A stretch of 63,275 nucleotides of DNA, the filler included, from Octopus bimaculoides (Eukaryota): the NCBI RefSeq assembly GCF_001194135.2. It is 7 parts of 6 records of this genome, joined end to end, with 100 filler letters (N's around TTAATTAATTAA, not from the genome) between each part and the next. Parts side by side here need not be neighbours in the genome. Positions count along the whole stretch, not along the records: positions 36,758 to 43,034 come from NC_068982.1; positions 43,135 to 44,979 come from NW_026383385.1; positions 45,080 to 60,947 come from NC_068982.1; 4 more parts are not named here. One strand, given 5' to 3'. Below the pieces are notes generated by a model. That model saw only the letters and a program-made list of their open reading frames with translations. It ran no database searches and was not told the DNA's origin. The position numbers and the translations under genes are program-made. Below, piece by piece: positions 37,770 through 49,689 of this stretch (within the stretch, counting starts at the first letter, position 1; the number at the start of each line of letters is the position of its first letter).

Positions 37770-38250
37770 GGCATGGCAGAATCGTTAGCAATCTGAGCAA
37801 AATGCTTAACGGCATTTCGTCCGTCTTTACGTCCTGAGTTCAAATTCCGTCGAGGTTGACTTTGCCTTTCATCCTTTCGAGGTCGATAAAACAAGTTCTG
37901 GTTGAACACTGGGCTCGATATAATCAGCATACCCCTCACCGAAATTGCTGGCCTTGTGCCAAAATTCGAAGCTAACATTTAATGGTATACTATTAAGTTT
38001 TCTCCTTGTTTTGTGTTCTCCTTGTTTTGTGTTTAGTCTTTTGCTCATTTAGTAGCGAACGCGTAAAATTGTTAGCATGTCGGTCAAAATGTTTAGTGGC
38101 ATTTATTCCGGCTCTTTACTTTCTGAGTTCAAATCCCGCCGAGTTCACCTTTGCTTTTCATCCCTTTGGAGTTAATAAAATAAAGTACGATCGAAGTAAC
38201 TGACATGCCAACTTCCGCTAAAATTGCTGACCTTCTGTCAAAATTTGAGG
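37770..38250 (+). mobile_element. Two head-to-tail SINE family A copies
   Basis: ggcagaatcgttagc...gagttcaaattccgtcgaggttgactttgcc at about 37775, and a second copy at about 38055. Confidence 0.8.
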
Positions 38251-40399
38251 CATTTAAGATCAATTAATAAGAGTAACAATGGTCTTGCTTGAGAAGGTTA
38301 GATTAGAATGTGGTTGGAGTAACTGTTTATTTGCTCACATGGATAATCCTCAAATGTTTGTCATGAATATAGTTTTCTTTTGAAATCTACAAAACGAGTG
38401 AATCCTCAGAATAAGTGAATGAGTGAATAAGTTATGACTTTTTGTCTCCTGGCACTTCACAAACTCCTATGCCAGAGCTTTTCAAATGTTTCGCATAGAC
38501 AGCACATTTTTTTTTAAACGGTTAAATTTTTCGTGACACATTGATTTTTGTTTGCAATTAAATATCATATCACGCGTTGCCAGTCACATTCTAACTGTAT
38601 GCAGAGTTGACCAATATCAAGAGTAAACAAATATCCGTAATAAACTTAACACTTTCAAATCTAATGGGTTCTAAATGTGCTTTGGACACCAAGCTTCCTC
38701 TTCGGACCAACCTTTAAAAAGACAAAAAAGCAACTATTTTGAAGCTGCAAGAGGAGTAGATATGAATGAATGAAAGGTTATTGGATGTTGTGATTGTTTA
38801 GCCTCATTTCAAATTTGACTGAACAAAACTATATGATCAAAGGGAACCCAGCCATGATTAGCCAGTTTTATTTTTCTTGTAGACTAACTCTAAAACTTTA
38901 TCCCGGAGAGATTTAGTTAATATTTACAGCAAGTCGAATAAGCGCATAGAGGCTCCCATGTTGGCTCGCTGCCTACCGGATGTTGTTGGATAGAGCAGTA
39001 ACACTTCGTCAATGATGAATATGAAGTCGCTGTAATGGAAAAATCGTAACCAAAGCATTTTTGTTTTATATAAAGAAATGTTCGACAGCTTTACGGATAA
39101 TATATAAAGCTTATTCAAAAATATCAAATGTTAAATGTAATGTGGTAATGATGATCTTTTGTCTCATGGAAAGTATTATAGCAGCCTCGTTTTGGAGCAG
39201 AGTGTTGCTGTTGATGTTTGTAAAATTTGCTGCGTATTTCTTTAAGTTTCTTATCAGACCATTTTCAATTCAAAAATATCAGGTTAATTGTACTCGGAAT
39301 ACCGAGTTATATCCGGAATTTGAAACCTCCCTTTGAACTATGCTGCGAAGAGTATTTAGTTTCCTAATTCAAAACACAGTGTAACCAGAGACGGGGTTCT
39401 AGAGTGCAATAATCAGATAAAAGAGTTGGCCATGATTTAGTTTATCTTTCGTTTTTGTTAGAAAAAATCGCAACTTATTTCAGAACATTTTTTTGCATTT
39501 GGAACCAATTGTGTTTTCACTAGAATCACACATTATATTGTGTTTTCTCTCGAACAGTAAAGAAAAAATACGAAAAAAGTCGGTACAATTTTTAAGAAGT
39601 ATTTAACAATAAACTACAAACAGTTCGTTCGTTCGTTTGCTTAGACAGTAATCAAATAGTTTATTGGTGTATGACAAATCGCTTCATTTGCCTGTATATT
39701 ATTAACCTATATTACTCGACAGTAATCAGATAACTTAAGTGATGTCTAACGATCATCGCAATATCTTTTATATCTTAACCGACGTTATTACACCATACCT
39801 CTACAGAAAGATGGAGAAATATGTGTGGTTTGTAGCAATTCATAAAAACAAAAAAATAATTGTATTGAATTACCGTGTGTGTGTGTGTGTGTGTGTGTTG
39901 AACTAACATGCCTGCAGCTTCGTATAACAGTCCTTTTTTATGTCTAATCTGTGGATCTGTTCCTAGATCATTGGCTGGATTAAAATCTCACAAGAAACAG
40001 AGATATATACGCGCTAAAACAGAGCAAAAAAACCTGTTTGACCATAATACGTTGAAATCGATGGGAGAATTGATTATATATATNNNNNNNNNNCAATATT
40101 CTGATTGACTATGAAAGAGAAAGAAAAATAATTTCAAGAAACGCAGGCGTGGCTGTGTTGTAAGGAGCTTGCTTCCTGACCACATGGTTCCGGGTTCAGA
40201 CCCACTGGCACCTTGGACAAGTGTCTTCTGCTATAGCCACGGCCCGACCAAAACCTTGTAAATGGATTTGCTAGACGGAAACTGAAAACAGTCCGTCGTG
40301 TGTGTGTGTGCGCGCGCGCGCGTCTGTGTGAGTGTGTGTGTCTGTGTGTGTGTGTGTTTTGTGTTTATTTACAAATGTGAATGCATGAATGTATAAATA

Positions 40400-40715
40400 T
40401 TGGGTCGTCCCATAAATAATACATGAACTAAAATCAGAAGGGGACAGGATAAACTACCTACATCAACTTGCTATAAAAGCAGGTAGTAATTTTACCTTGT
40501 CCTTATTCTTACTGCAGTTCGATTTTAAGTTATTTTTTGAAAGCAATAATGGAAGTGACAAAGGAGCATATTCGGTAAATTTTGCTTCATGAGTTCAATA
40601 AAGGCAACAACGCAACGGAAAGTGCGAGGAATATTAATGCAGTATATGGGGATCGGATAAGAAGCAAGTATCAACGGTGGAGCCCGAAACTACAGTCTAG
40701 AAGAGGACAAAAGAG
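40400..40715 (+). mobile_element. mariner element, 5' fragment (TIR plus transposase N-terminal HTH)
   Basis: TA followed by ttgggtcgtcccataaataat (TIR-like). Translation gives MEVTKEHIR*ILLHEFNKGNNATESARNINAVYGD, a Mos1/SETMAR-type N-terminal helix-turn-helix. Confidence 0.8.
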
Positions 40716-40970
40716 GCCGATAGAATATGTATTAGATTATAAAAAGAAGTACTGGGACCGATTTGATCGACTAAAACCTCTAAAGGCAGTGCTCCCGCGT
40801 GGCCGCAGGCCAGAGATTAAAACAAATAATAGATCAAATATAAAACATGTGCAAAACACTCAACACCATATTATCCAACATGTCTTTTTATGATTCGTTT
40901 TTGTTTTTGTTTATTTTTTCTGTAAAGAGATTTGACTGCTATTTTCAGCAGATCTGTCGACTATATAGAT

Positions 40971-41172
40971 CGGCAATTCTCAACCTTTTTGATATCCGAG
41001 ACAGAACCAAAACTTGGATCTTTTTTGGGGTGTCGCACCAAAGAAGAAAAAAAAGTAAACCACAAGACAATTGAAGAAAAATTTATATTTATAGAAGGAA
41101 GGCAGTCGGGGGTCACCGGGGGGACACCTGAGGGTCACATACGGCCCTGGGAGGCGCGGTTGAGAGCAGCTG
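40971..41172. mobile_element. hAT MITE with 8-bp TSD
   Basis: Ends are cggcaattctcaacc and ggttgagagcagctg (imperfect TIR). Flanks are atatagat (40963-70) and atgtagat (41173-80), a 7/8 match. Confidence 0.8.
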
Positions 41173-41547
41173 ATGTAGATTCTGTCTCGTTGCTGTATAT
41201 TTGTGTGTATGTGCTTTACTTATAGTTTCTGATTTAGACACCAAACCAGTTGTTCCGAAACTTCATTCAAACTCTTGCTCTTTTGGCACTCGGGTCACAT
41301 TCCTAGCGCCCCCCACCCTCAACTCACCACCTCAAACAAAGACCACACATTCAAAACAACCTTGTTTAACAAATAAAACTTAACCCAATTAACCCATAAT
41401 TTTGTAGTTTTTATATTCATCGCCCCCTTTTGGCCACTCCATTATCACCTCGCTTTTTTTTCAACGCCCACTCCCTAGATCTTTTCATCACTCCTGGTGT
41501 GGGTGGGGGAAGTACCGCCCACTTTGGGAGCCACTGCACTAAACCAC

Positions 41548-42335
41548 CGATTTTGAGGTGAGGAGGTTAGTCGATTACATTGGCCACAGTACGTGGATGG
41601 TACTTTACTTTAATGCCCCCAGAGAGTTGAAAGGCCAAGGTGACCTCAGCGAGAACTGAACGCAGAGCGATGAAATACATCGACACCCAGTACATGGGTG
41701 GTACTTTACTTTATAGCCCCCAGTGGTTGAAAGACCAAGGTGACCTCAGCGAGAACTGAACGCAGAGCGATGACATACATTGATCCCAGCACATGGATGG
41801 TACTTTACTATATAGCCCCCAGAGGGTTGAAAAGTCAAAATGACCCCCAACGAGAAATGAACGAATAACGTAAAGAGTCAGGTGAAATACATCAACTCTG
41901 GTTCTAAGATGGTACTTTAGTTTGTCGTCCCCAGAGGTTGAATGGCAAAGTTGGCCCCAATGAGAAATGAACATATAACGTAAAGGGTCGGATGAAATAC
42001 ATCGACCTCAGTACTAGTATGGTACTTATTTTATAGCTCCCAAAGACCTGAAAAACAAAGATGGTCTGAGCGAGAACTGAACACAGTGTGTAAATAGTCG
42101 GATGAATACTCCGGATCTAGGATGGTACTTTAGTCTATTGCCCCCACGAGGTTGAAAGGCAAGGATGACCCCAAATGAAAGTGTAATAACGTAAAGAGTC
42201 GAATGAAATACAGCGACCTCAGTTCTACGATGGTACTTTATTTTACCGACACCCAGTGGACTGAAAGGTATATGTGACCCCAGCGACGGCTGAACTCAAA
42301 ACATAATGAGTTGGTTGGAATAAGGCGAGGCACTT
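41548..42335 (-). repeat. Tandem array of 7 SINE-family-A-derived units (99-112 bp)
   Basis: The ggtactt anchor occurs at about 41599, 41700, 41799, 41911, 42021, 42124 and 42232. Each unit reads tacatcgac..cag...ggtactttatt...ccc...gaaaggc aag.tgacc...gaactgaac. Confidence 0.85.
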
Positions 42336-42482
42336 ATTTTCCCCGACCCTCTCAACAATTCTACCAGTTCGCCGACCTTTGCTGTTTCTTAATTATGAAG
42401 GTCAAAAAACAGAAGAAAAACTGAAATACAGAGAGACAAGGAAGGAGAGAGAGGGGGGGGGGCGAGACAGCCAGACAGAGAA

Positions 42483-42524
<42 letters not shown>

Positions 42525-42534
42525 NNNNNNNNNN

Positions 42535-42611
<77 letters not shown>

Positions 42612-43449
42612 GACAGAGAGTGAGAGAGAGTGAGACAGAGAAACAAAGAGAGAACGTATGAGAGACAGACAAATATATACACGACAAAGGAGAGAGAAAG
42701 AAAAAGTGGGGGGAGTAGAAAGTCTGAAATGAAGCAGAAGTGATGCAGGAAAAAGAAAGAAAAGAATACGGTAATTGTGAGAGGGGGGGAGGAATATCCG
42801 ACAATTTGAATGATGAAGTGGTGGTGATGGGGGGGATGTTGAAACAGTGTTAAGTGTTGTTAGTTTAATCGTGCGGAAGTTGTGGTTATAACGCTGGACG
42901 ATGTATGTATGTGTGTCTATATGTGTGTGTTGTGTGTGTGTGTGTGCGCGCATGTGCGTCTGTACGTGTATATATGTATATATGTGTATACGTATAGACG
43001 ACTCGTCAGACTCCAGTGGGCGCGGACATATATANNNNNNNNNNNNNNNNNNNNNNNNNNNNNNNNNNNNNNNNNNNNTTAATTAATTAANNNNNNNNNN
43101 NNNNNNNNNNNNNNNNNNNNNNNNNNNNNNNNNNCATTAGAATACAAAAAGGACAATGCTAGTGGAAAGTGCTAACCATCTGAGCCAACCTTTTAAATAA
43201 CTGAAATAAATCGCAAATAACTTCGCCAAAACCCACAATAAGCTCCCTGTAGCTGGTAAGAACTCACAAACCAGTAATTGGTAGATGGTAGTGGTTCTCA
43301 AAGTACTCGGTATTGCTCCCATGGGTGGGTGAGGGGGAAGATCCAGAGCAGCATTGAAGAAAAGTGGGACAATAATGGGGTGGCCAAAATGGAATGAGAG
43401 AGGTAAAAACAAAATATTACTAGTTTAATCAGGTTTAAGTTTTAAATAA

Positions 43450-43816
43450 TCATCATCATCATCATCATCGTTTCACGTCCGCTTTCCATGGGTTGAAAGA
43501 TTTGACTGAGGACTGGCGAACCAGATGGCTACACCAGGCTCCAATCTGATCTGGCAGTGTTTCTACAACTGGATGCCCTTCCTAACGCCAACCACTCCAA
43601 GAGTGTAGTGAGTGCTTTTACGCGCCACCGGCACGAAGGCTAGTCACACGGTACTGGCAATGGCCACGCTCAAAAAGGTGTTTTTTACGTGCCACCTGCA
43701 CAGGAGCCAGTCCAGCAGCACTGGCAACGACCTTACTCAAATGATCTTCTAACGTGCCACCAGCACAAGTGCTACAAGGCAATGCTGGTAACGATTACAC
43801 TCAAATGGTGCTATTT
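43450..43816 (-). mobile_element. RTE-related element 3' end with (ATG)n tail
   Basis: catcatcatcgtttcacgtccgctttccatg...ggatgcccttcctaacgccaaccactcc; related pieces lie at 12150-12400, 17120-17195 and 44380-44540. Confidence 0.7.
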
Positions 43817-45359
43817 NNNNNNNNNNNNNNNNNNNNNNNNNNNNNNNNNNNNNNNNNNNNNNNNNNNNNNNNNNNNNNNNNNNNNNNNNNNNNNNNNNNN
43901 NNNNNNNNNNNNNNNNNNNNNNNNNNNNNNNNNNNNNNNNNNNNNNNNNNNNNNNNNNNNNNNNNNNNNNNNNNNNNNNNNNNNNNNNNNNNNNNNNNNN
44001 NNNNNNNNNNNNNNNNNNNNNNNNNNNNNNNNNNNNNNNNNNNNNNNNNNNNNNNNNNNNNNNNNNNNNNNNNNNNNNNNNNNNNNNNNNNNNNNNNNNN
44101 NNNNNNNNNNNNNNNNNNNNNNNNNNNNNNNNNNNNNNNNNNNNNNNNNNNNNNNNNNNNNNNNNNNNNNNNNNNNNNNNNNNNNNNNNNNNNNNNNNNN
44201 NNNNNNNNNNNNNNNNNNNNNNNNNNNNNNNNNNNNNNNNNNNNNNNNNNNNNNNNNNNNNNNNNNNNNNNNNNNNNNNNNNNNNNATAAGGAGTGCAGG
44301 CCTCAGTTCTGAAAGTCACTTCCTCCCATCTGAAAAGGGTCAAGAACATTGCCCTTCCTCCATCATCTAAACTAAACCATCATCATTTAACGCCTGTTTT
44401 CCATGCTGATATAGGTAGGACGGTTGGCCAGAGCCTAGCAACCTGAAGAGCTGTACCAGGTTCTAGCCTGATTTAGCTTCGATTCAACAACTGAAGGCCT
44501 ACCAACACAGAGGGTGCCGGGTACTTTTTATGTGGCACTGGCCACATAAAAGAAAACGAAAAAAAAAAAAAAACCGAAAAGACTTGGTTCCTATTTCTAA
44601 CTGGTCAAGCAAACAAAGGAGTTTCTGATTTGTTCAAAATACACAAAATAAACAGTCTTAAATATGAATGAACTTGTCTAATATTTTGTGTCCAAAGATC
44701 AAATAAATAGGAATTTAATTTTGAAAAATGGGGAAAAAATGTTTAAAAATTTCTAACGACAAATAGATTATCAGTTTCCCTTGGTGTGTGGTTCCCAGCA
44801 GAATGTCATGTAAACATAATTTAATTTCCTATGTAGCATCTCATTATTTTTAATTATGTTTTTGCATATGTTTGACTAAAGACTAACAAAGATTCATAAA
44901 AAAGGAATCAGTTTTATTCATATATCTGTCTATCTATATAGACAGACAGACAGACAGATAGATATACACACACACACACNNNNNNNNNNNNNNNNNNNNN
45001 NNNNNNNNNNNNNNNNNNNNNNNTTAATTAATTAANNNNNNNNNNNNNNNNNNNNNNNNNNNNNNNNNNNNNNNNNNNNTCTCTTTATCGAACACTTTTA
45101 AAGTATGTATTCCCAATTCTTGTGGATTTTGCCACAATTGTTTATATCTCCCTCAGACTTGTATATCATAACAAGTCGCTTCTTAAATTTCGCACCTCTC
45201 TTATTCAATAAACATTGTGTTAAACTTGTAAGTCTATTTTCTGTTTCCATTTTTGATAATTATATTAACGGATTTTCAGCTCGTTATAAAAATTGGCGAC
45301 CCGGTTACTACCGAGTTACAAAACCTTACATTAAAATACCGAATATTTAACTCACATAG

Positions 45360-46391
45360 CAGACAGCGAGCTGGAACAACCGTTAGCACGCCGGGACAAA
45401 ATACTTAGCGGCATTTCGTCCGTCTTTATATCCTCAGTTCAAATTCCGTCAAGATTAACTTTGCCTTTCAATCCTTTCTGGGTCTCTAGAATAAATACTA
45501 GCTGATTACTGGGGACAAAGTAATAGACTATATTCCATCCACCGAAATTGCATATGCTTGGTGTACCTTTATCAGACGGGTAGTCATGATTGGTATACTG
45601 GGCTTCATATACTTTACCCCAGTGTCACTTTGATGGCAAGCACTGCTCTCTCACTCAATAATAATAATTCTGTCTACTATAGGCACAAGGCCTGAAGTTG
45701 GTGGGAAGGGGACAGTCAATTACATCGACAACAGTACTTGACTAGTACTTAATTTATCAACCCCGAACGGATGAAAGATAAAGTCGACCTCGGCGGAATT
45801 TGAACTCAGAACATAAAGACAGATGAAATGCCACTGAGCATTTTGCCCAGCGTGCTAACGATTCTGCCAGCTCACAGCCTTCATAATATTATAATAATCC
45901 TTTCTACTACAGGTACAAAGCTTGAAATTTTTTGTGACAGGAACTAGTTGATTACATCGACCCCAGTGTTTCACTGGTACTTAATTTATCAACCCCGAAA
46001 GGATGAAAGGCAAAGTCGACCTCGGCGGAATTTGAACTCAGAACATAGAGACGGACGAAATACCGCTAAGCATTCCGTCCAGCGTGATAACGATTCAGCC
46101 AGCTCACCGCCTTAGTAATGATAATAATAATAATAATGATAATAATAATAATGATAATGATAATAATGATAATAATAATAATTATTATTATTATTTCAAA
46201 TTTTTGCCACAAGGCAGCTTGGGGGAGGTGGGGATGAGTCGATTATATCGACCCAGTGTTCAACTGGTTCTTATTTTATCGACCCCTAAAGGATGAAAGC
46301 AAAGTCAATTTCCGCAGAATTTGAACTCAGAACGCAGCGACTGCTAAGCATTCCGTCCAGCGTGCTAACGATTCTGCCAGTTTGCAGCCTT
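45360..46391. mobile_element. SINE family A cluster: one plus copy (45360-45545) facing three tandem minus copies (about 45676-45885, 45897-46113, 46198-46391)
   Basis: gaaaggatgaaag.caaagtcgacctcggcggaatttgaactcaga is repeated three times, separated by (TAA)n tracts. Confidence 0.9.
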
Positions 46392-46430
46392 AATAATAAT
46401 AACGGCAGCAATAACAACATCTGTATTTGT

Positions 46431-46449
46431 AGCTGTAGTACTAATTCAG

Positions 46450-46517
<68 letters not shown>

Positions 46518-46518
46518 T
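46431..46518. repeat. (AGT)n microsatellite, about 29 units
   Basis: Seen directly. It explains the poly-Ser and poly-Leu ORFs at 46286-46553. Confidence 0.95.
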
Positions 46519-47021
46519 GTAGTAGTAGTAGTAGTAGTAAAATGATCATATAAACTGATTATTCTTTTGATCTTTAGTCAATTATGGTATTGTTGTCAAT
46601 TCCAAGGCATTTATTTAATATAAATTTAATATAATTCCTTCGATACAAGAGATCTCTGTAAACATCGAGTAACACTTGTTAATATTGGAGAGAAAATGGC
46701 TTTATACCGCTTGTTCATTAATACATACATACATACATACTTACATACATACATACATACATACTTACATACATAGAGATGGACGTGTGTGTGTGTGTGT
46801 ATGTGTGTGCGTGTATGCTTAGAGACAGACATATATACATCCATGCATACACACATTCATACATACACGGATGCAGACATGCATACATTGATAGATACAA
46901 ACATACGCACATATACCTATACACACTTATACATATACATACACAAAAAGGGATAGAGGTGCAGGAAAAACAGTAAAATGTGAAAACCGATGCCGGCTTT
47001 GTGAAGTTAACAACGAAGAAA

Positions 47022-47235
47022 TCAAACCTGGGCACTAAACCGCTAATCCGTTAAACGTTAATTAACGAAGTTAACATTTTCGTTAACGGTTTAACTTTTA
47101 AGTTAACTTTCGAAATCATTATCGGACTAATTTAATTCCTTTACATTTAACTTCCGTTAACTCAAGTCAACTTGAGTTAATTTCCATTAACTTCAGTTCA
47201 ACTGGAGTTAACGGATTTTATAGTTCTGGCACTTT
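47022..47235. mobile_element. Probable hAT(Ac)-type MITE with GTTAAC/TAACG subterminal repeats
   Basis: caaacctgggcactaaaccgctaatccgttaaacgtt...gagttaacggattt; dense GTTAAC/TTAAC words. The right TIR is not clean. Confidence 0.45.
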
Positions 47236-47289
47236 GTAGCGTTGCTTGAAAATGTCACCACGGTATTTTCTATGGATGAGACATGACGT

Positions 47290-47610
47290 TGCAGCTAGGA
47301 CATTGTATAATGAGATACGTCGGAAGGAAACCCCCGAGGCCAAAGAAATAAGAACCTTCTGTATGGTAGAAGCCATACCACTCATAATAAAATGGAGTAC
47401 TGGTAGAATGTCTCAGTGAAAACCTCAATAAAATGTAAACACAATAGCCCTGATGTAATGAATTGGGATAGAGAAGAGAAACAGTACATTTGTGGAGATC
47501 AGCTGCACAGCGGATGTTAACGTAAAGCTGAAGATCAGTGAAAAAGAGAATACCTACGCTGAACTATTGAGAAATCTACAGTTACTCGATCCAGATTACA
47601 AGTTAATATA
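47290..47610 (+). mobile_element. R4/Dong-like LINE, RLE-domain fragment
   Basis: EYW*NVSVKT..KCKHNSPDVMNWDREEK...EISCTADVNVKLKISEKENTYAELLRNLQLLDPDYK; homologous to 49900-50200 (minus). Confidence 0.8.
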
Positions 47611-48505
47611 TATTATGAGAAACTTCTTTCAGTCTCTGTCTATCACTCACAAGGCTTTGGTCGGCCCGAGATTATAGTAGAAGATACTTGCCCATGGTAT
47701 CACGCAGGGGGATGAACTCGGAACCATGTGGTTGGGAAGCAAGTCTCTTACCACACAGCCTGCGCCTAATAGAAGTTTTAAATTTTATATTTTTGCATCG
47801 ATGCTTTGAAAAATATAATTTGGTCTAGGATCACAAAAAACAAAAACAAAAGGTTTCTTCTTCTTTTTTTATATTAACTGATATAAAACAAAAATGTTTT
47901 TCGATGTTTTCATTCTCCTTGTTGACAATAATATATTTGAGCTGACAGTATGATGGAACCTTCTGAAATGTTCCATCAAATACAAAACATTAGATATCTT
48001 TTTTTTTTTTTTNNNNNNNNNNNNNNNNNNNNNNNNNNNNNNNNNNNNNNNNNATCCGATGGTGCGTTACCTCACGAATATATTTAAGGAATATGGTAAG
48101 AAAGAATTTTCTAATTGAAGTGCGTGATGTTTTTTGCAATGTCGATCATGTCACATGGATTTACAATCGCATAGAAACAAAAACAAAAGGTTTCTTCTTC
48201 TTTTTTTATATTAACTGATATAAAACAAAAATGTTTTTCGATGTTTTCATTCTCCTTGTTGACAATAATATATTTGAGCTGACAGTATGATGGAACCTTC
48301 TGAAATGTTCCATCAAATACAAAACATTAGATATCTTTTTTTTTTTTTTATCTAAGAATCGGTTTTCGGATAGGGATAAGCTTTTCTTTGGATCGAATCA
48401 CTACTTTTTGCTGCCTTTAATACCAATGTCTATAACTGCTGATAACTACTTAGATTAGGAACGGGTCTTATACAGAATACAGTGCAGTACAGTAATATAT
48501 ATATC

Positions 48506-48600
48506 AGTGCTTCGCAATCAGTATGCCGCGGCACACTGGTGTGCCACGAGACGATGCGAGGTGAGCCGTAGTGTAAGCTAAATATAATTTTTTCCCTATA
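48506..48600 (+). mobile_element. hAT (Charlie-like) terminal fragment
   Basis: cagtgcttcgcaatcagtatgccgcggcacactggtgtgcc. Similar isolated hAT ends lie at about 41505-41536 and about 43289-43325. Confidence 0.5.
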
Positions 48601-48690
48601 CTTCTAGTTATACTTTTCGTTCAGATGCGACGCCGAATTTTGAAAACAATATAAGTGTACCCGCAAGTGAAAAGAGGTTGCGGTGTACTG

Positions 48691-48732
<42 letters not shown>

Positions 48733-49689
48733 NNNNNNNNNNNNNNNNNNNNNNNNNNNNNNNNNNNNNNNNNNNNNNNNNNNNNNNNNNNNNNNNNNNN
48801 NNNNNNNNNNNNNNNNNNNNNNNNNNNNNNNNNNNNNNNNNNNNNNNNNNNNNNNNNNNNNNNNNNNNNNNNNNNNNNNNNNNNNNNNNNNNNNNNNNNN
48901 NNNNNNNNNNNNNNNNNNNNNNNNNNNNNNNNNNNNNNNNNNNNNNNNNNNNNNNNNNNNNNNNNNNNNNNNNNNNNNNNNNNNNNNNNNNNNNNNNNNN
49001 NNNNNNNNNNNNNNNNNNNNNNNNNNNNNNNNNNNNNNNNNNNNNNNNNNNNNNNNNNNNNNNNNNNNNNNNNNNNNNNNNNNNNNNNNNNNNNNNNNNN
49101 NNNNNNNNNNNNNNNNNNGTACGTAACCTTAACATATATCTTGCTTCTGTATGTTGGTTCCCTGACGATGAATATATGTGCAATTCCAGCACCTCTTACT
49201 TCTTTGGAGTAGAGTGCACATATATTTTGAAACATATGTAGGAATTAAAGGAACTTATTGTTTATATGCGTTTTGCTCCATTTATTATTATTCTTCATAT
49301 CTACTTAAAATACATCACTTTAACTTGGTATTTCTACCTATAAAATGGTTGTGATATCCTAGTTTTTTGTGTGATTTTTGCTACCCATGGTAACTATTAA
49401 CATATTTACATTGTCAAAGTTTTTTCAACCGAGATAATATTATCGTTTACATAAATTTTTACATATATATATATATATGATCCAAATAATAAGAATACAG
49501 AGAAATCCTTTAACACATCTTTAATGATTCGTTACAATTGGTTTCTGTTCCAACTCTGCTTGCAACGGCAGTTTACACAAAATTCGAAATGAAAATTTAC
49601 ATATTTGCGGTTTCAGACATTAGAGTAGCACTTCATCAAACTAGCATCAAATGTGCGCTCTTACCATATATGTATCTTCTATTTTTCAA

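Noticed and set aside
41548-42335. Regularly spaced conserved motifs as a CRISPR-like repeat-spacer array
   Set aside because: The whole unit, including the variable part, is homologous between units and to SINE family A. It is a diverged tandem repeat.
47840-48350. About 170-bp identical duplication either side of an N gap
   Set aside because: The first copy ends in a poly-T run at the gap and the copies are identical. It is most likely a haplotype or assembly duplication, and reads are needed before treating it as real.
49158-49190. CTGACGA as another hammerhead core (also CTGATGA at about 4698, 16446 and 17805)
   Set aside because: There is no correctly placed stem II plus GAAA plus NUH with stem I/III pairing.
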